A DNA stretch of 31,645 nt. Source: Candidatus Eiseniibacteriota bacterium (lineage in GTDB: Bacteria; Eisenbacteria; RBG-16-71-46; SZUA-252). Shown in pieces: positions 1 through 8,463 of this stretch. A model generated the notes under the pieces. The model saw nothing but the letters and a program-made list of their open reading frames with translations, was not told the origin of the DNA and ran no database searches. Every line of letters starts with the position of its first letter. Positions within the stretch are counted from its first letter, which is position 1. Where the stretch lies: the NCBI GenBank assembly GCA_035689165.1, contig DASSLZ010000246.1:1-31645 (forward strand), given 5' to 3'. Position numbers and translations under genes: made by a program.

Positions 1-183
1 CGCTCGGTCTCGTTGGCGCTGGGTTCGCTTTGGCGCTGGGTCTTGGTGGCCACGGATCTCGAGGGCACAAAAAAACGGGCGGGCAGTGCGCTCGTTTGGA
101 TTTCATCTCGGTGAGGCGAAGGGTTCACTTTCGTGATCTTCGATCTCACGTTCTGAATTCCACGAGCACCCTGCACCGCCCAA

Positions 184-273
184 CAAGCGGCCGCTTGGCG
201 CATCTCTCTATGTCAACGGGCCCGGTCGGGGACCGCTGATCGATCAGCGGTCGTTCTCGCATCAAAGCGAGAA
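184..273. repeat. Cluster of palindromes and inverted repeats in the left intergenic region
   Basis: CAAGCGGCCGCTTG (184-197) is a perfect 14-bp palindrome. GACCGCTGATCGATCAGCGGTC (231-252) is a perfect 22-bp palindrome. TTCTCGC-ATCAAA-GCGAGAA (254-273) is a 7-bp inverted repeat. Confidence 0.85.
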
Positions 274-281
274 GAGTGCCA
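266..281 (-). promoter_or_regulatory. Putative sigma54 -24/-12 promoter pointing out of the left edge
   Basis: Minus strand reads TGGCACTCTTCTCGCT: GG-N10-GC spacing, TGGCAC intact, -12 box TCGCT (one mismatch to TTGCW). Confidence 0.4.
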
Positions 282-466
282 ATCAGGGGGCGTTTCCGCG
301 TGGAGCGGGGCGCGCTGCGACATCGATGGTTACGCGGCCCGCGCGAGTAAGGGAATGCGCCCGGCGCCGGCGACGCCCGGGCGATTCTACAAATGACAAC
401 GACGAGTGCGCCTCGACGGGAGCGAGACCGTCGCGCGGACTCGCCGTCTTCGCGTTCACCTCGCGG

Positions 467-482
467 TGGCACACCTGTTGCG
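467..482 (+). promoter_or_regulatory. Putative sigma54 -24/-12 promoter of the topIB operon
   Basis: TGGCACACCTGTTGCG matches TGGCAC-N5-TTGC. It lies 33 nt before the ATG at 516, leaving room for the SD GAGGGA at 501-506. Confidence 0.7.
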
Positions 483-515
483 CCGCGCTCCTGCTCAGTC
501 GAGGGACCTGTGCCA

Positions 516-1514
516 ATGACCATCATCGAACGACTCCAGACGAACGGCATATGCCGGACCGGCTCGCCAGCGCGGGGATACCGCTATCGCTCCGCCAAGG
601 GCGCCGTCTCGCGTGAGGATCTGGCGCGTATCGACGCGCTGAAGATTCCTCCCGCGTGGACCCGCGTCGCCGTTTCGCCCTCGCCGAAATCCGCCGTGCA
701 GGCAGTGGGGCAGGACGCCGCCGGCCGGTGGCAGTACCTCTACCACGAGGCGCACGCCGCCCGGCGGGAACGGAACAAGCAGGAGCGGCTGGTCCGGTTC
801 ATCGCGGCACTGCCCAGGATGCGCCGCGCCGTCGCGCGCGACCTGCGCCGCCGGGGGCTTCCGCGCGAGAAGGTGCTGGCCGGAATCCTCAAGATCCTGG
901 GCACCTGCTTCCTCCGCCCGGGCAACCAGGTCTACACCGCGCAGAACGGGAGCTACGGCCTCGCGACGCTCCGGCGCCAGCACGTCAGCGTGGCGGGGGA
1001 CACCGTCGTGTTCGACTTCATGGGCAAGTCCAAGAAGCGCCAGCGCCGCGAGCTGGTCGATCCGGGTATCGCGCGGCTCGTGCGAGCGCTGCTTCGTTAT
1101 CCGGGAGAGGTCTTCAAGTTCCAATCCGAGGACGGCTCCATGGCCGACGTGCACACGGGGCACATCAACGCCTACATCAAGGAGGTCATGGGCGAACAGT
1201 TCAGCGCCAAGGATTTCCGTACGTGGGCGGGATCGCTCCTCTGCGCATGCGCCCTGGCCCGCGCCGGGGTGGAGCGAGCCCACACCCAGCATGAACGGAA
1301 GAAGCGGATCGCCGCGGCCCTGCGCGAAGTCGCCGACCACCTCGGCAACACGCCGGCCGTCTGCCGGTCCTCGTACGTGTTCCCGGCGGTTCTCCGGAAG
1401 TACGAGCAGGGTCGAGTGATCGGAACGTACTTCGAGGACGTGGCCGAGCTCTCCAACGGCAACGCGCGCCGCGTCGAGCGAAGCGAGCGGGCCCTGATCG
1501 AGCTGCTCCGATGA
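516..1514 (+). CDS. topIB: DNA topoisomerase IB (bacterial, poxvirus-like)
   Basis: Catalytic motifs FLRPGN (R), FMGKSKK (K), SAKDFRTW (K,R) and LGNTPAVCRSSYV (N,Y); N-terminal IPPAW and DAAGRWQYLYH. Start moved from 393 to ATG 516 because of the SD and promoter. Confidence 0.95.
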   Translation: MTIIERLQTNGICRTGSPARGYRYRSAKGAVSREDLARIDALKIPPAWTRVAVSPSPKSAVQAVGQDAAGRWQYLYHEAHAARRERNKQERLVRFIAALPRMRRAVARDLRRRGLPREKVLAGILKILGTCFLRPGNQVYTAQNGSYGLATLRRQHVSVAGDTVVFDFMGKSKKRQRRELVDPGIARLVRALLRYPGEVFKFQSEDGSMADVHTGHINAYIKEVMGEQFSAKDFRTWAGSLLCACALARAGVERAHTQHERKKRIAAALREVADHLGNTPAVCRSSYVFPAVLRKYEQGRVIGTYFEDVAELSNGNARRVERSERALIELLR

Positions 1515-3382
1515 GCCCTCGTCCCGCCCGCCCCGGCGCCAAGCTGGTCGTGATCCGTCCCGGAGACGGGGTCCCGACCCGGAACCGTCGCTCTGTCCGG
1601 GGGCAGGCGCGTTCGGAGCGCGACCCCGCCGAGCCGCGTCCGGACGGATCGGCTCCGACCGACCTCCTCATCCTCCACATCGGCTCCGGTCGCCTCACGC
1701 CGGAGGCGATGACGGCAGCCGCCAAGACGGTGTTCGAGCCGCGCGGCCTGACGCATCGGACGGTGACGGTCGAGGCCGGGCGCGGCGCCGAAGCGTCGGT
1801 GCGTCGCCACGTCGCGCGCGCGATCCGCGAGGGCTGCACGCGGATCGTTGCCGCGGGAGGCGACGGCACGGTCAGCATGGTGGCGCAGTGCCTGGCGCGG
1901 CGGCGCAAGCGCGACGTCCCGGTGTCGCTCGGCATCCTTCCCGGAGGCACCACGAACGTGCTGGCCCGCGAGCTGGGTATTCCGCTCGATCTGGAACAGG
2001 CGATGGCGGTGATCGCCGAGGCCGGCCAGGTCGTGGAGCTGGACGCCATCCTCGTGGGCCGGCGGTACGTCTTCACGCAGGTGGGCCTCGGCCCGGACGC
2101 GCTCATGATTCGCGACACGACCCGCGAGCGCCAGGAGAAGCTGGGCCGCCTCGCCTACGTCCTCACGTTCGTCAAACGCGCTTTCGGCTTCCGCCCGCGG
2201 TGGTTCACGCTGCGTCTCGACGGCGTCGTCGTGCGCGAGCGCGCCTGGCAGATCGTGGCCGCCAACGTGGGCACGGTGGGGGCGCCTCCGTTCACGTGGG
2301 GTCCCCGCATCGATCCCACCGACGGCATCCTCGATCTCTGCATCTTCAACGTGAACCGGAAACGCGACTTCGGAAAGCTGCTCTGGCGCGCCTTGACCAG
2401 CCGCCACCGGAGGGACGGGAACGCGCGTTTCTATCGCGTGAAGGACCGCGCCGTCGTGGAGTCGAGCCAGCCGGTGCTGGTGCAGGGCGACGGCGAGATC
2501 ATCGGGCGGACCCCGGTGACGCTGCGCCTCGTCCCCGCGGTCCTCAGGATCCTGGTCGCGAAGCCGGTGGCCGGCGTCGTTCCCACCGAGCCCGCCGCGG
2601 CGGCGGCGGAAGCGGCTCCATTGGCGGAGGACCGCGGGGTGGTTGCTTCGGAAGAGCCCGCTGCGGCATCGGCGACCGCTGCGGCGCCGGCGACCGCTTC
2701 CGCGCCGGCGGCCGCCTCGACGCCGGCCGTGGGCCCGAACGCCGCACCCGAGGCCGCGCCCACCGTGACCGAGGACGTGGCCCTGATGATCGGCGAGCGC
2801 TCCACCACGTGGCCGCTCCAGGGGATCTTCCGCCACCCGCTCGCGGCGATCGAGGCGTACGACGCCGCGATCTTCCTCCACCTCAACAACATCTCGTTTG
2901 GCAAAGGGGTGGACCGCGGCCTGGAGGCGCTCTCGCGCTTCCTTCACTACGGCGAGGGGTGGGCCGTCGTGGTGCTGCTCATCCTCTTCGTGAACCTGCG
3001 CCAGGGGCTGGAGGCCGCCGTCGTGGCGCTTCCCGCGCTGTGGGCCACCATGATCACGGTCAACGTCGTCCTGAAGCCGATCTTCCGGCGCCGCCGGCCC
3101 TTCATCGCCTTCGTGAAGGCGCGCGTCATCGGAACGCGGCCGCGCGACTTCTCCTTTCCCTCGGGGCACGCCGCGGCCGGGTTCGCCGGCGCGGTTCTGC
3201 TCGGCATGTTCCTGCCGCGCTGGGCCCCTCTCTTCTATCTCTTCGCGATCGCGGTGAGTTTCTCGCGGATCTATCTCGGCGTGCACTACCCGAGCGACGT
3301 CCTCATGGGGGCGTTCGCCGGAAGCGTCCTGGCCGTGGTCTATCGCGCGCTGATCCACCTTCTCGTCGCCGCCGGCGCCTGA
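1511..3382 (+). CDS. Diacylglycerol-kinase-family (YegS/BmrU-like) lipid kinase fused to a C-terminal PAP2 phosphatase
   Basis: Kinase motifs AAGGDGT, ILPGGTTNVLARELGI, GLGPDA, DGILD and QGDGE. An Ala/Pro linker follows, then the PAP2 triad KPIFRRRRP, SFPSGH and SRIYLGVHYPSDV among hydrophobic helices. ATGA overlap with topIB. Confidence 0.9.
   Translation: MSPRPARPGAKLVVIRPGDGVPTRNRRSVRGQARSERDPAEPRPDGSAPTDLLILHIGSGRLTPEAMTAAAKTVFEPRGLTHRTVTVEAGRGAEASVRRHVARAIREGCTRIVAAGGDGTVSMVAQCLARRRKRDVPVSLGILPGGTTNVLARELGIPLDLEQAMAVIAEAGQVVELDAILVGRRYVFTQVGLGPDALMIRDTTRERQEKLGRLAYVLTFVKRAFGFRPRWFTLRLDGVVVRERAWQIVAANVGTVGAPPFTWGPRIDPTDGILDLCIFNVNRKRDFGKLLWRALTSRHRRDGNARFYRVKDRAVVESSQPVLVQGDGEIIGRTPVTLRLVPAVLRILVAKPVAGVVPTEPAAAAAEAAPLAEDRGVVASEEPAAASATAAAPATASAPAAASTPAVGPNAAPEAAPTVTEDVALMIGERSTTWPLQGIFRHPLAAIEAYDAAIFLHLNNISFGKGVDRGLEALSRFLHYGEGWAVVVLLILFVNLRQGLEAAVVALPALWATMITVNVVLKPIFRRRRPFIAFVKARVIGTRPRDFSFPSGHAAAGFAGAVLLGMFLPRWAPLFYLFAIAVSFSRIYLGVHYPSDVLMGAFAGSVLAVVYRALIHLLVAAGA
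2670..2723 (+). repeat. Three imperfect 18-nt tandem repeats encoding part of the Ala/Pro linker
   Basis: CGGCGACCGCTGCGGCGC / CGGCGACCGCTTCCGCGC / CGGCGGCCGCCTCGACGC. Confidence 0.75.
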
Positions 3383-3393
3383 CCGGAGGAACA

Positions 3394-4266
3394 ATGCCCC
3401 AGAAGACCTCACCCAAGAAGGCGCAGCGACCGCCGCAGAAGCAGCGGCGCCAGCCGGGGCGCGAGCGCCTCATGAAGCCGCGGCCGCGGTACGACGATCC
3501 CGCGCGCCGCCCCTGCGGGCGGCTCCAGGGCAAGGCGGCCCTGATCACGGGAGGGGACAGTGGCATCGGACGCGCCGTGGCGGTGGCGTTCGCCAAGGAG
3601 GGAGCCGACGTGGCGATCGTCTACCTGGAGGAGCACGAGGACGCGCGGGAAACCCAGCGGCTGGTCCAGGAACAGGGCCGGCGCGCCCTCCTGATGGCGG
3701 GCGACGTGGGGGACGAGTCGTTCTGCCGCGAGGCGGTGCGCCGGACGGTCGCCGAGCTCGGGAAGATCGACGTGCTCGTCAACAACGCCGCCGAGCAGCA
3801 CCCCCAGGAACGCCTGGAGAAGATCACGGAAGAGCAGCTCGTCCGCACCTTTCGGACGAACGTCTTCTCCATGTTCTTCCTGACGCGCGCCGCCCTCCCC
3901 CATCTCAAGAGCGGCGCCTCGATCGTGAACACGACCTCCGTGACCGCCTATCGGGGGAGCGCGCATCTGATCGACTACGCGTCCACGAAGGGGGCGATCG
4001 TCTCCTTCACGCGCTCCCTCGCCCAGGCGCTCGCCGACCGGAAGATCCGCGTGAACGCCGTGGCGCCGGGGCCGATCTGGACGCCGCTCATCCCCTCGAC
4101 CTTTCCGCCGGACCAGGTCAAGACCTTCGGCTCGGACGTTCCGATGGGCCGCGCCGGCGAGCCGGTCGAGGTCGCTCCCCATTACGTCTTTCTCGCCTCG
4201 GAGGAGGCCTCCTACACCACGGGACAGGTCCTCCATCCCAACGGCGGGGAGATCGTGAACGGATGA
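3394..4266 (+). CDS. SDR oxidoreductase, YdaD/YhdF (general stress protein 39)-like
   Basis: ITGGDSGIG, NNAAEQH, YASTK, NAVAPGPIWTPLIP, and C-terminal GQVLHPNGG. SD GGAGGA precedes ATG 3394, which lies inside the 1888..4266 ORF. Confidence 0.92.
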   Translation: MPQKTSPKKAQRPPQKQRRQPGRERLMKPRPRYDDPARRPCGRLQGKAALITGGDSGIGRAVAVAFAKEGADVAIVYLEEHEDARETQRLVQEQGRRALLMAGDVGDESFCREAVRRTVAELGKIDVLVNNAAEQHPQERLEKITEEQLVRTFRTNVFSMFFLTRAALPHLKSGASIVNTTSVTAYRGSAHLIDYASTKGAIVSFTRSLAQALADRKIRVNAVAPGPIWTPLIPSTFPPDQVKTFGSDVPMGRAGEPVEVAPHYVFLASEEASYTTGQVLHPNGGEIVNG

Positions 4267-4661
4267 GCGCCGACGATGCTCCGCGCGAGGCGGACCGCTC
4301 CCTCTCGATTCTCGTCGTCGATGACGATCCCGACTCGGCGGACAGTCTGGCGCTGCTCCTCGAGCACTGGAACCACGCGGTCTGCGTGGCCTACGACGGA
4401 GCGCACGCCCTCGAGACCTTCCGGCGGCAACGGCCGTCGATCGTTCTGGTCGACATCGGGCTTCCCGACATGGACGGCTACGACGTGGCGCGCGCCCTCA
4501 AGGCCGAGGAGCATCCGGCCACCCTCGTGGCGCTGACCGGCTTTGGCCAGGATGGAGACCGGCGCTCTTCGAAGGAAGCGGGCTTCGATCACCACTTCGT
4601 CAAGCCGATCGATCTCCGCAGCCTTCGCGAGCTGCTCGATGCAGCCATCGCGAAATCTTGA
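4263..4661 (+). CDS. Stand-alone response regulator receiver protein
   Basis: ILVVDDD, LVDIGLPDMDG (phospho-Asp), ALTG and VKP; no output domain. ATGA overlap with the SDR gene. Confidence 0.9.
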   Translation: MSADDAPREADRSLSILVVDDDPDSADSLALLLEHWNHAVCVAYDGAHALETFRRQRPSIVLVDIGLPDMDGYDVARALKAEEHPATLVALTGFGQDGDRRSSKEAGFDHHFVKPIDLRSLRELLDAAIAKS

Positions 4662-4691
4662 GGCCGGGAGGCCTTGGCCGCAGCGCGCCGT

Positions 4692-4707
4692 TGGCCTTCA
4701 TATTGCA
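4692..4707 (+). promoter_or_regulatory. Putative sigma54 promoter of the DUF948-ytxH pair
   Basis: TGGCCTTCATATTGCA: GG-N10-GC spacing with TGGC and a perfect TTGCA, 90 nt before ATG 4798. Confidence 0.55.
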
Positions 4708-4797
4708 CCTCACCCAGAAGAGAAGGGGTTGGGCCAAAGGAGCGACACCGAGGGTGGTTCCAACCGCAAGGCCGATTGGGCCGGAGGAGGATGAAGG

Positions 4798-5220
4798 ATG
4801 TCGCTGCTACTCGAGATCTGCTTTGTAATTGTAACAATTGCGGTAGTGGCCATCGCCATCGCCACGGTACGCGCTCTCCAGCGGGTGGGGAAAACGACCG
4901 AGAAAGTCAACGAGCTCTCTGAAGAAGTTCGCGGCTGGATCGCTCAGTTGAAGCAGGTGACGAGCGGCGCCGAGGAACTCGTGGCCTCCGCCAAGGAAGT
5001 CGTGCCCCCCGTGCGGCGCGTCGTGGACCGCTTCGAAGCGATCGGCGTACGGACCGCCCAGCTCTCAGACGCCATTCTGGAAGAAGTCGAGCGTCCCGTC
5101 ATGACCGCCGTCGCCGTCGCGCGCGGGGTCCGAACGGGGACGGCGTACTTCTTCGAACGAATCACCAATCGTTTTCATCGCGGCCGCGCCGCGACGAACG
5201 GAGGCTACGCAGATGAATGA
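4798..5220 (+). CDS. DUF948 (YoxC/YtxG-like) membrane-anchored helical protein
   Basis: N-terminal TM helix followed by an amphipathic coiled segment; strong SD GGAGGAGG; overlaps the YtxH gene, the usual pairing for this family. Confidence 0.7.
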   Translation: MSLLLEICFVIVTIAVVAIAIATVRALQRVGKTTEKVNELSEEVRGWIAQLKQVTSGAEELVASAKEVVPPVRRVVDRFEAIGVRTAQLSDAILEEVERPVMTAVAVARGVRTGTAYFFERITNRFHRGRAATNGGYADE

Positions 5221-5623
5221 GAATCCTTATCTGAACGAAGAGTCCAGGGGCGGCGCCTCCGGGATGTCCGGCTTCGTGCTCGGCGCGATCGTAGGCGCCG
5301 GAGTAGCGCTGCTGTTCGCCCCCGCGGCCGGCACCGACACGCGCCGTAAGCTGGGCGAGACGGCCAAGCGCCTGGGCAGCAAGGCTCAGGAAATGGGCAG
5401 TGCGGCGCGCGACAAGATGCAGGAAGTGGGCAGCGCGGCCCGGGACAAGGTGCAGGAGGGTACCGACAAGCTTCATGAGCGTTTTGGCAGCGGAACGTCG
5501 TCCACGACCCCGGGGCAGGGCTTCGAGGCGGGCCGGCGGGAGCCGGTTCCCAGCACGGGCAGCACCACGAATCCTGGGCAGACGGGGCGTACCGGCACGA
5601 CGCCGGGACGCTCGAATCCCTAG
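5213..5623 (+). CDS. YtxH-domain general stress protein
   Basis: GFVLGAIVGAGVALLFAPAAGTDTRRKL signature; SD GGAGG; 8-nt overlap with the upstream gene. Confidence 0.88.
   Translation: MNENPYLNEESRGGASGMSGFVLGAIVGAGVALLFAPAAGTDTRRKLGETAKRLGSKAQEMGSAARDKMQEVGSAARDKVQEGTDKLHERFGSGTSSTTPGQGFEAGRREPVPSTGSTTNPGQTGRTGTTPGRSNP
5387..5452 (+). repeat. Two 33-nt tandem repeats (11-aa units) in the YtxH gene
   Basis: QEMGSAARDKM / QEVGSAARDKV; the third unit starts QEG. Confidence 0.85.
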
Positions 5624-5661
5624 TCGAGGTTCGAACATAGGAAAACCCCCCACAAGGGGGC

Positions 5662-5742
5662 GGCACCGCGGAGGTGTAGGCCGGACGGCAAGGGCTCAGG
5701 CTCGGCCGTATGCGAACTACACCTTTCGCGGGCCTTTTTTTT
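5662..5742 (+). terminator. Long hairpin followed by T8: intrinsic terminator or structured 3' end downstream of ytxH
   Basis: 5662-5679 pairs with 5717-5734 (17 bp, one bulge per side) and is followed directly by TTTTTTTT (5735-5742). Confidence 0.7.
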
Positions 5743-5757
5743 CGGTCCAAATCCGCA

Positions 5758-5766
5758 TGCTATCCT
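5758..5766 (+). promoter_or_regulatory. Extended -10 element (TGcTATCCT) of a probably leaderless kinase transcript
   Basis: TATCCT ends exactly 6 nt before ATG 5773; no SD is present. Confidence 0.55.
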
Positions 5767-5772
5767 GATCGG

Positions 5773-8463
5773 ATGCAACGCCCCTCCGCACGCGACCTGA
5801 TCCGCGCCGCAGGCGTCGCGGCCCTGTACTACGGGGCGGGGAGGCTGGGCCTTGCGCTCGCGTCGGTCAACTCCAGCGCGACGGCGGTCTGGCCTCCCAC
5901 AGGCATCGCGATCGCGGCCCTCCTCGTCTTCGGTTACCGCATGTGGCCCGCAATTCTCGCGGCCGCCCTCCTGGTGAACGTTCCGGTGTCGGGAGCCGGC
6001 GTCGTGTCGGCCGCCATCGCCGCCGGGAATACCCTCGAGGCGCTCGCCGGAGCCTGGCTCGTGCATCGCTTCGCCGGAGGAGCCGCCGCTTTCGAGGAGC
6101 CGCGCCGGATCTTCGCCTTCGCCGGGATGGCGCTCCTGGCCACGGCGGTGAGCCCCACCGTCGGCGTGACCGCGGTGGCGGGCGCCGGCGCCGTTCCGTG
6201 GAGCGGGTACGGGCCGATGTGGCTCACCTGGTGGCTCGGCGACCTCTCGGGCGCGCTCGTCGTGGCTCCGTTCCTGATTCTCTGGCTCTCGCGTCCCCGC
6301 GTCCGGTGGAAGCTGCGCCGCTCCGGGGAAGCCCTCGCTCTGTTCGCGTCGCTCATCCTCATCGCGTCGCTCGTGTTCGGGGGCGCCTCCAGCTTCCCGG
6401 GAGGGGCGCCTCCCCTCGAGTTCCTCTGCGTTCCCGTGCTGGTCTGGGCGGCGTTCCGATTCTCGCAGCGTGAGGCGTCGACGGCGACGGTGCTGCTGTC
6501 GGGGATCGCGATCCTGGGCACCCTTCGCGGCGCCGGACCCTTCGCCCGCGCCGACGTGAACCAGTCGCTGCTCCTCCTGCAGTCCTACACCTCGGTCTCC
6601 GCGGTGCTCGTGCTCGCTGTCACGGCGGCGCTCACCGGGCGCCGGCGCGACGAGGCGGGCGTGCGCCGGCTGGCCGGGGAGCTGGAGCGCCGCGTCGAGG
6701 CCCGCACCGCCGAGCTGAAGCGCGCGGTGCAGACCCTGCGCGAGGAGGCGCGCGAGCGCGAGCGGGCCCAAGAGGCGCTGGGAACGAGCGAGGCGCGGCT
6801 TCGCGAAGCGCAGCGGGTCGCGCGCGTGGGGAGCTGGGAGTGGGACATCGAGCGGGACTCGCTCTGGTGGTCGGAAGAGCTGTACGGGATCTACGGCGTG
6901 GATTCCGCCTCCTTCCCCGCCACCCTGGAGTCCTTCATCGCGCTCGTGCATCCCGAGGACCGGCCCCTGGTCCGGCGGGTGATCGAGGCGGCCCACCGGA
7001 ACCGGCAGCCGTTCAAGATCGAGCACCGCATCGTGCGCCCCGATCAGACGGTGCTCACCATGAGCGCGCGCGGCCGCGTGGTCACCGACGAGCAGGGGCG
7101 GGCAGTGCGGATGCTCGGCACCGGACAGGACGTGACTGACGAGAAGCGGGCCGAGGAGGAGCGCTCGCACCTCCTGGTGGAGCGCGAGGCACGGCGCCAG
7201 GCGGAGGAAGCGAACCGGCTCAAGGACGAGTTCCTGGCCACCCTCTCCCACGAGCTGCGGACGCCGCTCAACGCGATCGTGGGCTGGGCCAACCTGCTCC
7301 GCGAGGGGAACCTGGATCCCGCCACGACGACCCGCGCGGTGGAGACGATCAGCCGCAACGCCCAGATCCAGAGCCGACTCATCTCCGACATCCTCGACAT
7401 CTCCCGGCTCATCGCGGGCCAGCTGGACTTCAAGCTCCAGATGGTGAGCCTCGAGAACGTGATCGAGGGGGCGCTCGACACCATGCGCCCCGCGGCGGAG
7501 GCGAACGGGGTGCGCCTCGAGGCGAATCTCGCTCCCGGGATCGGCTCGGTGCTCGGAAGCCCCGACCGCCTGCAGCAGGTCGTCTGGAACCTTCTCTCAA
7601 ACGCGATCAAGTTCACGCCGAAGGGGGGACGCGTCTGGATCGTTCTCGCCGCGCGCGAGTCGAGCGCCGTCATCCGCGTGGAGGACGAGGGGATCGGCAT
7701 CGATCCCGACTTCCTGCCGCACGTCTTCGAGCGCTTCCGGCAGAAGAATCCTTCCAGCTCGCGGCGGCACGGCGGCCTGGGGCTGGGGCTCGCGATCGCG
7801 CGGCACATCGTCGAATTCCACGGCGGCACGATCACGGCGGAGAACCGCGAGAGCGGGCGGGGCGCGCGGTTCGTCGTGACGATGCCGCTCGTGGAAGCGA
7901 CCGAGGCGGCCCGTCCCGGTGAAGGCGACGCCGCGGGGCGGAGCGCCGCGGGCGCCGATCGACGCCCCGCGCCGTCCGGCGCGCCGCGCGCCGCCGCGCC
8001 GGCCGAAGGCGCGGAGGCGGAGCCCGCGCCGAACCCGCTCGCGGGGGTGCGCGCGCTCCTCGTCGAAGACGAGGCCGACTCGAGGGAGCTCCTGGCGCGG
8101 CTCCTCACGAGCTGCGGCGCCGAGGTGCGGGTCGCGGGCAGCGCGGCCGAGGCGCTGGGGCTTCTGGTCCGCGAGCACCCCAACCTCCTGATCAGCGACA
8201 TCGCGATGCCCGGTGAGACCGGCTACGACCTGATCGAGCGCGTTCGCGCGCTCCCTCCCGAGGCCGGCGGCCGGATCCCCGCGATCGCGGTGACCGCCTA
8301 CACCGGCGCGGAGGACGCGCGCCGCGCGCTCCGCTCGGGCTATCAGGCCCATCTCTCGAAACCGGTCCAGCTGCGGGAGCTGGTGCGCCTGGTGGCGGAT
8401 CTCAGGGACGGCTCTTCGCTCCCGCTCGAATCCCCCGGACCCTCGGGACCGCATGGCCGCTGA
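5773..8463 (+). CDS. Hybrid sensor histidine kinase (MASE1-PAS-HisKA-HATPase-REC)
   Basis: MASE1 (AVWPPTGIAIAALL, WWLGDLSG), PAS (GSWEWDI, VHPEDR), H-box SHELRTPLN, N-box NLLSNAIKFT, DEGIGI, GGLGLGL, and receiver LISDIAMPGETG...SKP. Confidence 0.95.
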   Translation: MQRPSARDLIRAAGVAALYYGAGRLGLALASVNSSATAVWPPTGIAIAALLVFGYRMWPAILAAALLVNVPVSGAGVVSAAIAAGNTLEALAGAWLVHRFAGGAAAFEEPRRIFAFAGMALLATAVSPTVGVTAVAGAGAVPWSGYGPMWLTWWLGDLSGALVVAPFLILWLSRPRVRWKLRRSGEALALFASLILIASLVFGGASSFPGGAPPLEFLCVPVLVWAAFRFSQREASTATVLLSGIAILGTLRGAGPFARADVNQSLLLLQSYTSVSAVLVLAVTAALTGRRRDEAGVRRLAGELERRVEARTAELKRAVQTLREEARERERAQEALGTSEARLREAQRVARVGSWEWDIERDSLWWSEELYGIYGVDSASFPATLESFIALVHPEDRPLVRRVIEAAHRNRQPFKIEHRIVRPDQTVLTMSARGRVVTDEQGRAVRMLGTGQDVTDEKRAEEERSHLLVEREARRQAEEANRLKDEFLATLSHELRTPLNAIVGWANLLREGNLDPATTTRAVETISRNAQIQSRLISDILDISRLIAGQLDFKLQMVSLENVIEGALDTMRPAAEANGVRLEANLAPGIGSVLGSPDRLQQVVWNLLSNAIKFTPKGGRVWIVLAARESSAVIRVEDEGIGIDPDFLPHVFERFRQKNPSSSRRHGGLGLGLAIARHIVEFHGGTITAENRESGRGARFVVTMPLVEATEAARPGEGDAAGRSAAGADRRPAPSGAPRAAAPAEGAEAEPAPNPLAGVRALLVEDEADSRELLARLLTSCGAEVRVAGSAAEALGLLVREHPNLLISDIAMPGETGYDLIERVRALPPEAGGRIPAIAVTAYTGAEDARRALRSGYQAHLSKPVQLRELVRLVADLRDGSSLPLESPGPSGPHGR

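Noticed and set aside
1-53. Possible N-terminus of a minus-strand gene (GTG 53; MATKTQRQSEPSANETE...)
   Set aside because: Only 17 codons are visible, the SD is weak and there is no recognisable motif, so it cannot be supported without flanking sequence.
393-515. N-terminal extension of TopIB from ATG 393
   Set aside because: Low-complexity translation; the sigma54 motif and SD lie inside it and favour ATG 516.
1330-1380. TopIB has Asn (LGNT) where vaccinia TopIB has the catalytic His
   Set aside because: This is the normal state in bacterial TopIB, so it is not novel.
5646-5742. Known riboswitch or SRP RNA identity for the long hairpin
   Set aside because: I could not match the conserved cores of SRP, c-di-GMP, ydaO, ZTP or fluoride RNAs; it is kept only as an unassigned structure.
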